34,065 nt of DNA, from contig JBOZIK010000001.1 in the NCBI GenBank assembly GCA_051453625.1, positions 25,007,948 to 25,042,012 on the forward strand. Direction: 5' to 3'. The stretch comes from Welwitschia mirabilis. Lineage: Eukaryota. The notes under the pieces are model-generated. The model was not told the DNA's origin. It saw nothing but the letters and a program-made list of their open reading frames with translations, and ran no database searches. A program made the position numbers and the translations under genes. Shown here one piece after another: positions 13,101 through 26,255 of this stretch (the stretch's first letter is position 1; every line of letters starts with the position of its first letter).

Positions 13101-14587
13101 TCTACTTGATGCTTTTTACAATTTATAACTACTCTATTATATATTAGCTAATTCATAGTCAAAATAATGTCGTATTTTTCTAAGTTAATAATAATTTGTT
13201 ATATCTAAAAATCTCCCCCACTTATGAGTAAAGTATAGTTTTAGATTTGTTGATTAATTTTAGACCTAAACTCATTTTCTAAATCTATGCATTCCTCAAT
13301 TAGATAATTCTAAGATATATTAAGTAATGCATTACTTTATAATTAAAAAAATAATTACTTTTTTATTATTAAGTAAAACTTTATCTTCTATGACAAGGCT
13401 CTAAAATTATACCCCTTGATTATCTACTACTACTTGAAATTATCTTATTGATTAAGAAATACTTTTTGATCCTTAAGACTCTTCTAGTTGTTATCTAGAG
13501 AGTCTCTATTATTTAATGGATATTCTCTTACGTTATGATTTTCTTTCTAATAGTAGCATTAATGTTCAATATACTAGTTATGATATTGATATTGACTAGG
13601 AGTTTGCTAGAAGTTTGATCTCTAAGGTTAATTACATACATAGCTCTAACTAGGAACATTTCAGTTTCTTTTTAATAGAGTTTACTTTGGTTAATTAAGA
13701 CTCCTGTTTCTGCTATTATTACTACTAACATTATTTTTGATAAAGTGTTAATTCTTATTTTGATAAGAAATTTTTGATTAATTTTCCTTAAAGATATGTC
13801 CCCATGGAGGAATTCTTTTCTTAATTTCTTATTGTCTCTACTATTCTTATTCTATTATCTTTAACTTTTCTATAACCTCTACGAGACTCCTAGGTTGAAA
13901 CAAGAATGTTTTAATATCAAAAAAATGAAGAAGACTATTAACAAAAATATTTGACTTAACTTCTTTGTCTAGATGCATATATGATACATATTTTAATAAT
14001 TTTATAAATTTGTACTCATGAGATGCTATGGTCACATTATGAGATTATCTTAGATTGTAGAATTCTATAACCTTCTAGAAAATATAGGACTAGATAATGT
14101 ACCTCTCCTTAAAGATGTGCTTAAATTTCTTCCATGAAAGTTTTAGATCTACTAACTTGGTCATTTTTATTTTCCACTATAGATTAGCTTCTCCTTTTAA
14201 CGTATAAATAGCTAAAGAAGTCTTTTCATATTTCTCACATCTTAAGGTACCTATAACCTTTTCAACATCACTCAGTCATGCTTCTACTTTGGAAGAATCT
14301 AAACCTCCTACAAGGTTTGAGGGATTTAACTTCATAAATTTTTGAATTAATTTCCTTATATCCACTTCCTTAGGTTGATTGATGTCATTGTTTACTTGTG
14401 GGTTTTAATCTTGATTTACTATTATAATAGGAACTACATGAAGGTATTTATCAATATTTTTGAATTAAAGATTAAATGGAAGTTAATTTCCATCATTAGG
14501 TTCCTGACTCTCTTATGAATTCTCTTGATGTTGATTACTTAATGTAGCTAACTTGGCTTTAATATTTAACTGACGACGATGAGACAT
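10130..14587 (-). pseudogene. Degenerate gag-pol polyprotein with C-terminal chromodomain
   Basis: Start MSHRRQ (ATG at 14587). Gag: KFMKLNPS...LAIYTLKGEANL*W...SWKKFKHIFKERY. Zinc knuckle remnant CYY*KENHNVREYP (~13520-13560). Protease C-terminus DIILTMN*L. IPIVLEYPDVL...PISKASYRI (ORF 12785-13099). RT IIVFINDILVYS (~12350-12380). RNase H YTNAFG*GLGVVL...YPIHDLE. Integrase ~10400-11400. Chromodomain IKIK*TNHSLDEAT*KLEKTMKNKFPNLF (~10146-10235). Confidence 0.93.
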
Positions 14588-15553
14588 CTGAAAGAAGAAG
14601 AAATTTTCATGAGATTACATTTGGAAATAGAATATATATTATCAAAGATTAAATTAAAAGATATTTTTATAATATTAAAAATAAGATGGTTATTATTATG
14701 AGGTTATAGATCCTTGTTTATATTTTAAAGTACATAATCAAGTTTATCCCCTTTCTGTATTTTCAATAGATAAGGTTTATAAGTTATGAATATGGTTTTT
14801 CATTTTAAAGTTATGTGATCATATAATTTAAGATGAATAACTTGGTTAGAGATTTGATTATTTTCAAGGGTATCTAATTCTGGGCTATTATTTATGTATT
14901 CATATTTATTATAAAAGGTTAAGCTCTTTAAGAAATCATATGAAGTTATTATCCTAAATTCTTAAGATAATTTTAATTCCTCTAAGTTATTACTATCTAT
15001 AGCTATAAGGTGACATAGTCTTAATTGACTTAGATTCATCATTCTTCTTAGTTTGTTTAAAGATTTAAAATTATCATAAATATGATTAGCATAATGATCA
15101 TTCAAGGGCTAGGGTTATAGTTAATCTTATGAATACTTGGGTTACTATACAAAATATAATTAACCTCTAGGATTGTTAAGGTGCTAATATTATCACTAGT
15201 GTAATCTTTATAACTATTTTGAATTAACATGAATGTAATTTGGTATATATTTATGAAATAGGAAAATTATAAATAAAATGAAATTGATGACTATTAGGAG
15301 AGGATTAAATTCATGCTTATCTAGGAGTTAGAGTTATTTTAGAACCTGTTATTATTAAGAATATAATTAATTTTACTCATGGTTTAAGATGATTAGGAAT
15401 ACAACTAACTTTATAGCTATTATAAATTAAGGTTATTATGGTTACAACTAACTTTACAATTATTAAGAAGAAAGGTTATTAAAAATGCACTTAGATTTAT
15501 ATTCTTATAAATTTTTAAGTGCTTAACATAAGTATTATTTAAGTTAACCTAGA

Positions 15554-15565
15554 GCTCTAATACTA
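15554..15565 (-). promoter_or_regulatory. Primer-binding site, initiator tRNA-Met type
   Basis: - strand TAGTATTAGAGC versus canonical TGGTATCAGAGC (two transitions), 3 nt after the LTR-terminal CA. Confidence 0.85.
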
Positions 15566-16323
15566 GTTTGTGATATTCTCTCTTCTCTTACCCTAATTAA
15601 GTACTTCCCCCTCCTCCCCTCTTTTTTTCTCTTCCTTCCTTATTTAATATTATTATCTAATAGACATAATAGAACCTAAGGATTAAATTTTAATTATTCC
15701 TTTATTAGTGTTTCTATATTTAAAGAAAAACAAAACATATTAATATTATATATTTACCTATAATTAATTTCTAGATTATTTTCATTTACAAATAATAACA
15801 ATGTCATACGTTTATGTCCTCCATTTCTTCCTAGTCTTTCATCACATAAAAGATATCTTGTGGATAGTTAAGAAGATGTAAACTTATTATAAACATACAT
15901 GGATAAGTTTAAGGATAATACCTAATGGATATAATATGAGGTTTCAACTCTAATTAATGGCATTTCAACTCTATATCTGGCCATCCTTCAAGCGTGAGTT
16001 AGTACTACTCTAGGTTCTAAACTATACAAACATGGTTGGGCTTAGCTTCATAACTTTTTACTTTATCTTGATATGGATAATAAACAAAAATATAATATTA
16101 AAATAAACAAGAATACTCAAATTTCTTTTTTTATAGTAAACCCCCTAGTCACTTATTCATAATCATCCATTAGTAATCTCCATTACCAAGCATAAGAGGC
16201 CCCTCAGTTTTTCCTAGTATCTTGGTGAGAGCCCATGGAATGAAATAATATTTTATAAAATAATTATATAAAAATCATAAATGATTTCTTAACATAATAT
16301 CACATCATTCCACTAGAATCTTG

Positions 16324-16398
16324 AAAAGAGATCATATGGATAGTAAAGATCTTACTTAAAAAGAGATCATATGGATAATAATATTAAAGATCTTACTT
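16324..16398. repeat. Two-copy tandem repeat (~35-40 bp) within the LTR
   Basis: aaaagagatcatatggata...taaagatcttactt occurs twice. A second two-copy ~30-bp repeat (gaaagtatc..tttttacaa.agagaaaaa) lies at 16562-16620, across the gap. Confidence 0.85.
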
Positions 16399-16449
16399 TG
16401 AAAGATTAGTAAATCTTTAATAGTTAAAGATTGATGAAGATTTAGGATT

Positions 16450-16556
16450 NNNNNNNNNNNNNNNNNNNNNNNNNNNNNNNNNNNNNNNNNNNNNNNNNNN
16501 NNNNNNNNNNNNNNNNNNNNNNNNNNNNNNNNNNNNNNNNNNNNNNNNNNNNNNNN
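16450..16556. other. Assembly gap (107 N)
   Basis: Run of N, flanked by short tandem repeats. Confidence 0.99.
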
Positions 16557-19496
16557 AAGAGGAAAGTATCTTTTTTACAAAAGAGAAAAAGAAAGTATCT
16601 CTTTTTACAAGAGAGAAAAAGATTTCTATATATAGATAAACAAAGGCATATAGCTCAAGATCATAAGATCACATAACTTAGAATTGGTAAATAGGATGGA
16701 TAATAATTAATATCGAAGTACAAAAAGAGATCATATTTATGACTTATGCACCTAACTAGGGTGAACAATCTTCTTGTTTTAATTAGTAAGGCTAATTAAA
16801 TGCATCATTTTCTCATGTTAGCTCCTTTTTAATCATTCATAAGCTTATAAGTAAGTTTAATTCATCTAATGCATGCATCAAAAGAATAAATGCATAGATC
16901 TTAAAATTGTCATATGTCATAATGAGACAAATTCTTTATATTCAATAAATAAAACAATAAGTATGCTATGAATCAAATGTCCTTACACATATTAAGAACA
17001 TAAAAGTCATGGTGGAGTAAATCTACTCATTTATCATTCTTATTGCTAGGTAAGAATGCATATACTTTTTAAAATGCTCATTTATTTTAAAATGCATAAA
17101 TTCTATCAATCACATAACATAAGAAAAAAATGTTTATTCATAATAGAGTATACCTATTACATTTATCAAGAATTTAAATGAGTAAATAAGATGAAAAGTA
17201 TATTATTATTTTCTCTTAAAATTTTTAATTTACTAGTTTTATCATGTACTTTTAATTCCTTACATAATGGGATTATCTAATTTTAAATGTTTGAATAGAT
17301 TTTCTCATACAAACCTTCTAACATAATGTTTATCATTTTCATGATAAATTATGAATATTAAAAAATAACGTTACTTTAAAATGACATCTTATTTTGGCAA
17401 GGCCTTTAAATAAAGATAATTAATCATTTGACCAAAATCTTAATATACTTAATATTCAAGTCAATAAGGTTTATAAAATATAGAATATGATAGTGAAAGT
17501 AATTTTTATTTTTAAATATTAAAGATAATTAAAAATGTTTTAATCTTAACATTAAGTATGAAAGAAAAGAGGGAAAAAGATGAAAAACACAAGGAAAAAG
17601 GAATTGATTATGATATAGTTAAGCTAAGTAGATCTTGCTCACAATCAAACTTAGCTTAATCTATCCAAATAACAAAAATAGATCAAATTAAAGTGAGAAT
17701 CACATCAATGGGTTTTTTCACTCCTTCTAAATTGATTTGAAAATATTAGTTTTAAAGGAGGAAAATTACAAAAAGCTAAGATATGTAGGTAATAGAATAA
17801 TATTTTTAAGGAATATGTTGAAACTCAACTCATCTATAATTGAGATATAATGCCCATTCCACTTGCATTAAAACTAGAAAGAGATGCAAAAATTAAATTC
17901 ATTTTAATCATAATCAAACTATTACTAAAGAAATATGTTGAGATGAATGCACTCAAATGCACTTAAACCATTTCTTAATTAACATTATGCCAATAATGCT
18001 TATAGGAGGTTAAGGCTTAAGAAGGTAATTTCTTTAATGAGAAAATACATATCAACATTGGTCAAGATGTGTGAGTGTAGAGTAAGACAAAAATTACTAT
18101 GACTAAAAAACCATGTGGCTAGAAATGGCAAAAGTCAAGGGAGAATACAAGAAACAACCACCGAAGTTGTTATAAGACCAGTGATTGACTAGTGATGATA
18201 AAAGACAATAAATTCTATAAAGAAAAATGCCAAATTCCATGATAGCAATATTGATCACCTGAGGAGAACTATAAAGGAAATGGAGGTGGGATCTAAAAGA
18301 AGTAAAGATTTCAAGATTAAGACTAACACCATACTATTAAACACTACTTATATTCTCCCATTTACAGATAAAAGAACATGCATGTAAGAAAGACATTAAA
18401 AGGCCTCGATACTACATAAAATCTTTAGAAGGGAAGAAAAAATTAATTACATGAAATTATATCTTTGAAAAATTAATTTTCTTCTATAAAAGAGTCAAAG
18501 AAGTAACAAATAAGAGACTATCTTTGCAACAGAATCAAAAATCGACATAAAAAAAGAACAAGCTAACTTTAAGATTTCAGTAATGTAACATGATTTCTTT
18601 AAAAATGGAATAAGGATATTAATATCAAGAATATAAGTTATAACAACCTCAATTTATTTAGCTACAAAAGAAATCTCAAGACTGTAGGCCTTCCAGAATC
18701 ATATAGAGAAGGATAAGTAGACTACACATGAAGAACTCTTATAGAAATCACAACATAACCTCCAAAAAATACTACAATGATAATAAATATAAATAATAAA
18801 ACCTATATCTAAGTGAAACCATAAGAAAAACGAGCATGGAAAGGATATTCAAGGGCATTCAAAGAAACACAAAATCCAAGAGTCTTAGGAATCCTATCCT
18901 AAGCTTTAAAATCACATGAAAAAGTAGAGCAAGAAGAGTAAAATTCAAAGCAAGATTTCAAAAAGCATAGTTTTATTTTTCTCTTATTTTAACAGTAGAG
19001 ATTTCTTTTATAGGTAAGCAAACATAATTAGGGTTTTCACTAGGATTCTTATCTTCTCCAAGTATGGTACCATAGTGTAACTTATTAATTTCTTAGCATA
19101 AGATAGATGATACAAAAGATAGAATTGCAATTTTCATCTCTAAGATGATGGAATTAGGAAGCATAACAAAAGTTATAAAGTTGCTTAATTATAAAATTAT
19201 ATGGAATTACAAATGTTACAAGTAAACTCTAAATTTGTAAATTTTTCATTTTATAGTTTTAATAAGAGCAAAGTAGTAATTTTTAATAAAGAAGAACATA
19301 AATGAATAGATATATTTATAGACATTATTAGAATAATATTTGAATACTTTAAAGGTAAAAAGCTTAATTCATATGTTATTTTGAATAAGAAATAAATAAT
19401 TAAATGAACTTCTATAGATGTGCAGTTCGATAACAAAGATTATGTATTATTAGAGTATTATATATTAATTATAGAAAGAAAAAGGTATATTATAGT

Positions 19497-19584
19497 ATTA
19501 TTGAAGTATTGGATTCAAAAATTTTATCATATAATAATTCATTATTAAAGTATTAGGTACAAGAATTTTATCATATAATAATTC
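19497..19584. repeat. 44-bp tandem duplication
   Basis: attattgaagtattggattcaaaaattttatcatataataattc / attattaaagtattaggtacaagaattttatcatataataattc. Confidence 0.9.
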
Positions 19585-19649
19585 CAAATCGACCTTATGG
19601 TCTAAATTTATTATCATCAAAATAGATTTAGAAAAAAAGGAAAATATTT

Positions 19650-21063
19650 CTTATTCACTTATATCTTTTTGTTGTAGAAAAAGAAAACATCAATAAAATA
19701 AACTAGATAAGTACTTAGTATCATTCTTCCATAGGAATAATTCAAGGTGATACTAAATAAAGGTAACATAGACTTCTCTAACCTATAAAAAAATAAAAAT
19801 AAAAATAAAAAATGGAGATTGAGATGAAATTAAACTTGGTGGGCAAAGTAAGAAGATGAACTAACTCTAGACACTTCATTTAAATCTTTTACCCCCCATA
19901 GTACTTTCAATTTAACAACATCCTATAATTTTTTAAAATAATCATAAGATTGTTAAGTTGTTTAAGGCTTAGATCATGGTAACATAATCTCATTCACTAT
20001 ATGAGTGTCGGTGAATTACTCAATCCCTCTAATCCTTTATAGCCCTTTATAAGCATGAAAAGTAGAAACTATTGTGCATACTATCCATTAAATAATAGCA
20101 ACTAGAAGTTTTAGAAGTAACCTCAAGAAGCTCTCTTAATAAATAAAAGAAATTAACATGTATTTTTACTTAAGAATTAAAAGTACGAGGTTATGCATAC
20201 TAGAAATCGAAGAATCAACAACTCCTTTTATATTAAAACAATAAGTACATTACATTGGAGGATAAAATTAGAGTAGATATAGGATATTCAAAGCTAACCT
20301 CAAAGCTAACTTGCTCCTAAATAAGGGCCTTATAATGCCATGTTAACTTAATTTTCCAAGGTTTCACCAATTTTTTACCAATTAAAGATCCTCTACACGT
20401 GAGGGCTCAAGGCCCTTTTATAGTTGAAAGAATGATTAGGAGTCTTTAGCTTGTAGAGGCTAGTGATGATTTCACTTTAGATGATTACAATTTTCTTATG
20501 TAGCCTTAGATGGAGTTTATCTTCTTACGTTATGTGAAGGTTATCTTCTTGTATTAGGCAGGGGTTCTTATGATGAGCCCAACACTTGGCCTTTGGATCA
20601 TGATGCCTCTACTAGCTAATGATATCAGCATGCATTTCTAACATCACCACCATGTTACTACTACATGTGATTATCATGTATCATTTTATGCCTTTACCAT
20701 GGGTCAGTGAAGTTGATGGTTATTTATGACTTAATTTCTGACTAAGCCTATAGGTGGAATTTGATCAATTTTCCATGAAGGTTTTAAATGTACCTTTGAA
20801 TGTATACTACCTCAAAGAACCAGAGGTGTCAGTGGCCAAAATTGTAGCACTGATGTTTCTTGATGGATTTTCTTCAGTTTTTGTCATGTCTTTTGGAAGG
20901 TAGCAATTAAGTTGAAATTGTTGTGAAAAAGTTCATAATTTCATAAATCATGTATAAATGGCTGAAGACATAATTTTATGATAAAATAGTAATTTTAATG
21001 TCTTCACCTATACTAAATTGATCAAATATACTTAGTATGAATGTCAATTTTTACATGTAAACA
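19650..21063 (-). repeat. LTR copy A (3' LTR of an Athila-like element)
   Basis: Colinear with copies B-D along its length. Starts TGTTTACATG on the - strand directly after a PPT-like motif. TATA-like CTATAAAAGG at 20414-20423. The left end is placed by alignment to copy C. Confidence 0.88.
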
Positions 21064-21102
21064 CATCCCTTAAGTAGACTTTTACTAGTCTCTTAGCAAA
21101 AA
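21064..21102 (-). promoter_or_regulatory. Degenerate Athila-type PPT region
   Basis: - strand tttttgctaagagactagtaaaagtctacttaagggatg|TG resembles the Athila ttgct.gaggac.agcaaa...taag.gggg motif. Confidence 0.6.
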
Positions 21103-23700
21103 GTTGATAAAGAAATGTCAGCATAGAAAATTATCTTTGGAAAAATACTCAAGTATAAAAAATGATATAAGCTTTGAAAATTCTTTAATTAAGTTTATAA
21201 AAAGGCATTAAAATTAGTAAAATTCATGAAAAAATAGATGTCATGCCTTCTAATGAAAATTGAACTTTGTCATCAAAGTTTTTAAGAATATAAAAGGTTT
21301 TATACAATTTTTGAGAATATTCTAAAAATTAAGTTTTTCATTACATGTAATTTTAACACTACAAGCTTAGAAAAACACTTTGATGCAACATACTAACATG
21401 CAAAAAATATATATATATATAATGCATAAAATGTTACAGTAGAAATACTCTTTGCAATAATGATTAATCACTATTTTTCAAATTAGGATTACTATGAGGA
21501 GAATGAAATTGAAGGTAAAAATAAAAAAATGAAGGCATAATGTGATGGTCGAAAATGGATTATAGTCAATTTTTGGAAAATTTAGTGGTTACAAAAAAAT
21601 TAAATAGAATACAAATGACATGTATGATGCTACTAAATAGTTTGAAAGTAAAAATTTAAAAATGGGTAGTGGCAGCAGTAAGGACTAGTGACAATGCTAG
21701 TTGTTTGGAGATTCTACAAGTGAAATTTTGGGAAATGATTTATCAATCAATATGATAGAATTTAATTTTATAGATTGAATTCAATGGTACATGGAATGAA
21801 TAGAATAGGGATCGAATGAAATTTGCACTACATGATGAAAAATGAACCATTAAAAACTAATATAGATTCATATTTTTTTGGTTTTCTTTTTCATTTTTAC
21901 AAATTTTTCATTTTAGTAGTTGGAATCTAGGTTTGATATGTTTTAGTGTTTTTCTAAAAATTCTAAAAAATAGAAAGACTTTTAGGTCTTTGTATAGATT
22001 TTTTTCATTTAATCCCATTACCATTTCATTTTTTTACTATCTATTTTCTATGATCCATTACATAAATTAATTTGCATGGAAAAGAATGTGTTAATATTTT
22101 TTTTCGAGCCATTTCTCTAAAAAAGTTTGGCACTATTGTGAAGAGTAATCTGCACTATCAGCTTTTTCATAAAATTTTGCTCAAATTTTAAATACAACTT
22201 TTCTTGGATATCTTGAATCCTTATAATAGTAAGCCCTCTATAAAACCTTGAAAATTTTGTAGAAGTATGAAATACCATATGAACTATAATATGTTTATGA
22301 TAATTGTGTAAATCCTTATAGCTTGATTAATTAAATTTAATCTTAAAAATTATAAAAGATTACATTTGATCCAAGGAAATTTTAGGGCTTCCCTTTAATG
22401 TGGAGATAACAACCAAACCATTTAAAACCTTAAAACCCTTCTGATAGTAGACAAACTTTTAGAGATTATTTTCAAAGCCTAGAAACTCATTCACATATAT
22501 ATTAATCTCTTTATAACCTTGAGTTTTAAAGTCCTCATTTTGATTAAAATTAGTTTGATTACATGCCTTCCATTATCCCTCATAACACTTTTTCTTTACT
22601 ACCTTGTCAATATCCATCATTTTATTCTTACTTATCTAACCATTAACAACCTTCTTCATGTACTTCATTAAAGGAATCATTAAGGAAAAATGCTTATAAA
22701 TCCAAATCCAAATTATCCATGATCATGAGAAAACTCTTAAGCAAATTCTTCTTTCTTAAATGAACTTAAATAGACCATCTAATAACATGCTTTTTCCCTT
22801 AATAAACTTGACCAAATTCTCCAACAAATTAATAATACACTTAACCAACAAAAAAAAAGAATACTTTCTTATATTTTATAATCCAAGAGTCTTGAAAACC
22901 TTAAAAGAATTGATGATACTAAAATTAATGATACCTAAGCCATGTCCTTTATAAATGAGGAATAAATCAATAAGGAAACCTATGAGGAGCTTATGTTTAA
23001 AGAAATCCTAGTGAGTGTACGAAGAATGAGTCAATAAGCAACATCAATGAGAAGGATAATATTCAAGAATAGTCTTTTTTTCCTTTAAATTACAACCATT
23101 TTTTCTTGAGAAACTACATGAGGAGGGAACCCCTAGCAACCTTTATGAAAAAGATAACATTAGAAAAGAGCTTATACTTAATCCATCTGATGTAAAAACT
23201 TTGCCTTTTTTTAAATATCTTCATGATCCAACCATTTTAATTTCATCCTTACGTACTAAGAAAGATCCAAACATCAATGAAGAAGACAAATCTTCTTTAG
23301 GATTGAAATCATCTCCTAATAATTTTGTTAATGAACATTTACCTTCTTCAATGATTCCAATTTACATTTATCTTCATCTAAAAATGATATCTTGTATGAG
23401 TTACTGAGAAAATAAAAATAAGGTAAAGAATGAACTATTTCTAACTTTGAATGAATAAACTTTACTACTTATACCAATGTTATCTCTAATTTCATGGACT
23501 CTTGCATAAAAATGTACATGGATTATCTTCCAACTCAAAATGCTTTACAAAATTTTGAATCATTGAATCTTTGCTTCCATGCTCTTGAGCCATTTTCTAT
23601 ACATCATCTTGGAATATTCTTTTGTTTTAAAAGTTTAATTTTATTTTCTTATTCTTTTAGATCTGGGTTTTTTTAAAATTAAAATTTCTTTTTAGATTAG
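21064..23700 (-). mobile_element. Internal region upstream of LTR A, with no recognisable gag or pol
   Basis: Adjoins the PPT and LTR A. No RT, RH or INT motif seen. The right boundary is uncertain. Confidence 0.45.
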
Positions 23701-24856
23701 ATATAGAATGAAAAAAAAAAAAGCTTTAAAAACATTTTTGCTTAACAGTCTCTCTTTCCTAAAACCATCCAAGCACTACCACTTACATAATCATTGTCTT
23801 AAATCTTTTCATTTAGAAAACTCCAAATACCACCCACAACTTAGAATAAGCCATCATCACATTAAATCTCATCATCCACCTTTTTCAACTTGGTACTACC
23901 TCATAAAAATTATCAACCATTGTTTCCTTCCATTCATCTATGAATTCTTAAGACTTAATAACCCTAGTTGATGGCCATTAATAGGTAATCTGCTAATAAG
24001 TGATCATATTGTTAGTGCAAGTTTAGGTAGAATTTAAATTAACTTATATTTTTCAAGAAAAAGTTATACTTGTTTTTGAGTTATCTTATTAAGAATTATG
24101 TCACTTAAGGTCTTCAAATTTGAAAAATATGATCAAAAAAGATGAAATTTACCTTTATATTATATTCTTTATTTTCAAGTATTTTATGGGAATAAAACCT
24201 TTCTTGATTGGGCTAATGAACCAATGACCCTTTTCATGTACATAAAAAAATAATGAATATAAAAAATAGAAATCAAAAGAAAATAAAATATCTATTCTCC
24301 ATAAGAACATTTTATGATCACTTAATTAGATTTAGATAATTGCATTAGGGCTATAGACACTCACAGGTAATATAGCTCTAATGATCTATTTATAACATGA
24401 TAAACTACATCAAGGCTATATAAACTCATTAGCAATGCAGTACTAATTTCTTCAAGAAACAACATGCTTAATTCTATTAGAATAAAATGTTATAATAGTG
24501 GATGCTTAATTTTATCCAAATGCTCAAAACAAGAAACATGTGTGATTGTGAAAAAGGTAAATTATGGAAATAAAATATGGGATTTGAATATACTTTTGTG
24601 ATTACTTTTTTAAACTTATGTTCTTGAAAATTTTCTTATTAATTTTTGAACATTTATAGTTTTACCTTAAGAATATCTTATTTATTTAATATTTTGATCC
24701 ATTAGAATAAACATAAAACTTAAAAAAATTCAATAAAATAGCCATTTTCCTAGCCATTTTTTTCTTCTACATTTATATGTGTTTGGACTAGTTTTTGTCT
24801 CTATTATCATGCATTATAAATAAAACTCTAGTTATAATGATTTTTAAAAATCTACT

Positions 24857-26255
24857 TGTAAGACAAATGTCTATCCCTTGTAGTAAAAGAAAAATTCTAT
24901 AAAACTAGGTAAGCAACTAGTATCATTCTTCCATAGGAATAATTGAGGTAAATCTTAGTAGAGGTAATATAACATTCTTCAATCTTAAAGAAATCAAAAC
25001 AAAAACTGAGAATGAGATTTGTAATGAATTTGAACTTTATTGATGAAGTACGAAGATGAACTAACTCCAAAGCTTCAACTTGAATCATCTAAATTCTAAA
25101 ACTTTTATTTTAATAATGTTCTATAATTTCTTAAAATAATCAAAATTGTTAAGTTGTTTTAAATATTGGTCCACAGTGACATAATCTCATTCACTACATA
25201 AATTTTGATGAATTACTTAGTCCCTCTAATCCTTTATAGCTTTCATAAGATGGAAAGTATGAACTATTATACATAATATCCATCAAACAATAATGACTAT
25301 GAATCTTAGAAGTAACTTCAAGAAACTCACTTAGTAAATAAAAGAACTGCATAATGTAATTTCACCTAAGGATCAAAATTATGAGGTTACATATACTAGA
25401 AATCAAAGAATGAACAACTAATTTTATAATAAAATAAGAATTATATTACATCAGAGGATGAAAGTAAAAAGATACAGAATCCTTAAAGCTAGCCTCAAAG
25501 CTATCTTGCTTCTAAAGGGAAAAGCTCAAATGCTATGTCAACTTAACTTTATAAGGTTCCACCTATTTTCCACTAATTGCATCTTCCCTACAAATGAGGT
25601 CTTAAGATCCTTTTATATGTGAGGAAAGAATCAAGATCCTTTAGCTTATAGTAGTTAATGGTAGTTACAATATAAGCAGTTATAATTTTTGTCATGTATT
25701 TTTAGATGGAGGTTGTCTTCTTGTATTAAGTAAAGATTATCTTTTTATATTAGGTGAAGTTTGTTATGATAAGTATAACCCTTTTGAATCGTGATTCCTC
25801 TACCAACCAATGCTATTGTCATGTATCTGTAATATCATCGCCATGTTACTACCATGTTTTATTACCACATGTCATCTTGTGCTTTCACCATGTATTATGA
25901 AATTTAATATTTGTTTTTAATTTAGGTTTTTACTAAGCCGATAAATGGAATTTTATCAATTTCCTATGAAAGTTTTAGAAGATAACTTGGAATGCATTCT
26001 TCCTCAAAGAACCAGTGACACCGATGGCCAGGATGGTGCTACTAAAATTTCTAATGGATTTTATTTAGTTTTTATCATGTCTTTCATAAGATAGCAATTA
26101 ACCTGAAACTATTATGGAAAAGTTCATAATTTCATAAATCATGTATAAAATGGTTGAAGACGTAATTTAATGGTAAACTAACTATTTTAATAACTCTGCC
26201 TATGATAAATTAATCAAATATACTTGGTCTAAATGTTAATTTTTACACCTAAACA
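24857..26255 (-). repeat. LTR copy B
   Basis: Colinear with A, C and D. Ends ...acacctaaaca (TGTTT on the - strand). TATA-like motif at ~25609-25618. The left end is approximate. Confidence 0.88.

Larger units (their letters stand above)
9863..17492 (-). mobile_element. Chromoviral Ty3/gypsy LTR retrotransposon (Tekay/Del-like), near full length, decayed
   Basis: 5' LTR, Met PBS, gag with zinc knuckle, PR-RT-RH-INT, chromodomain, PPT and the start of the 3' LTR occur in the correct order on the - strand. Confidence 0.92.
15569..17492 (-). repeat. 5' LTR of the chromovirus (~1.9 kb including a gap)
   Basis: + strand ends TGTGATATTC ... GAATATGATA form a terminal inverted repeat. The LTR is bounded by the PBS on the left, and its right end is homologous to 9945-10065. 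Confidence 0.85.

Noticed and set aside
17800-19440. Possible solo LTR (purine-rich, CTATAAAAG at ~18484)
   Set aside because: No convincing paired termini, PBS, PPT or second copy, so it is left unannotated.
23708-23971. 87-aa His-rich ORF
   Set aside because: It starts in a poly-A run and reflects C/A compositional bias, with no domain similarity that I recognise.
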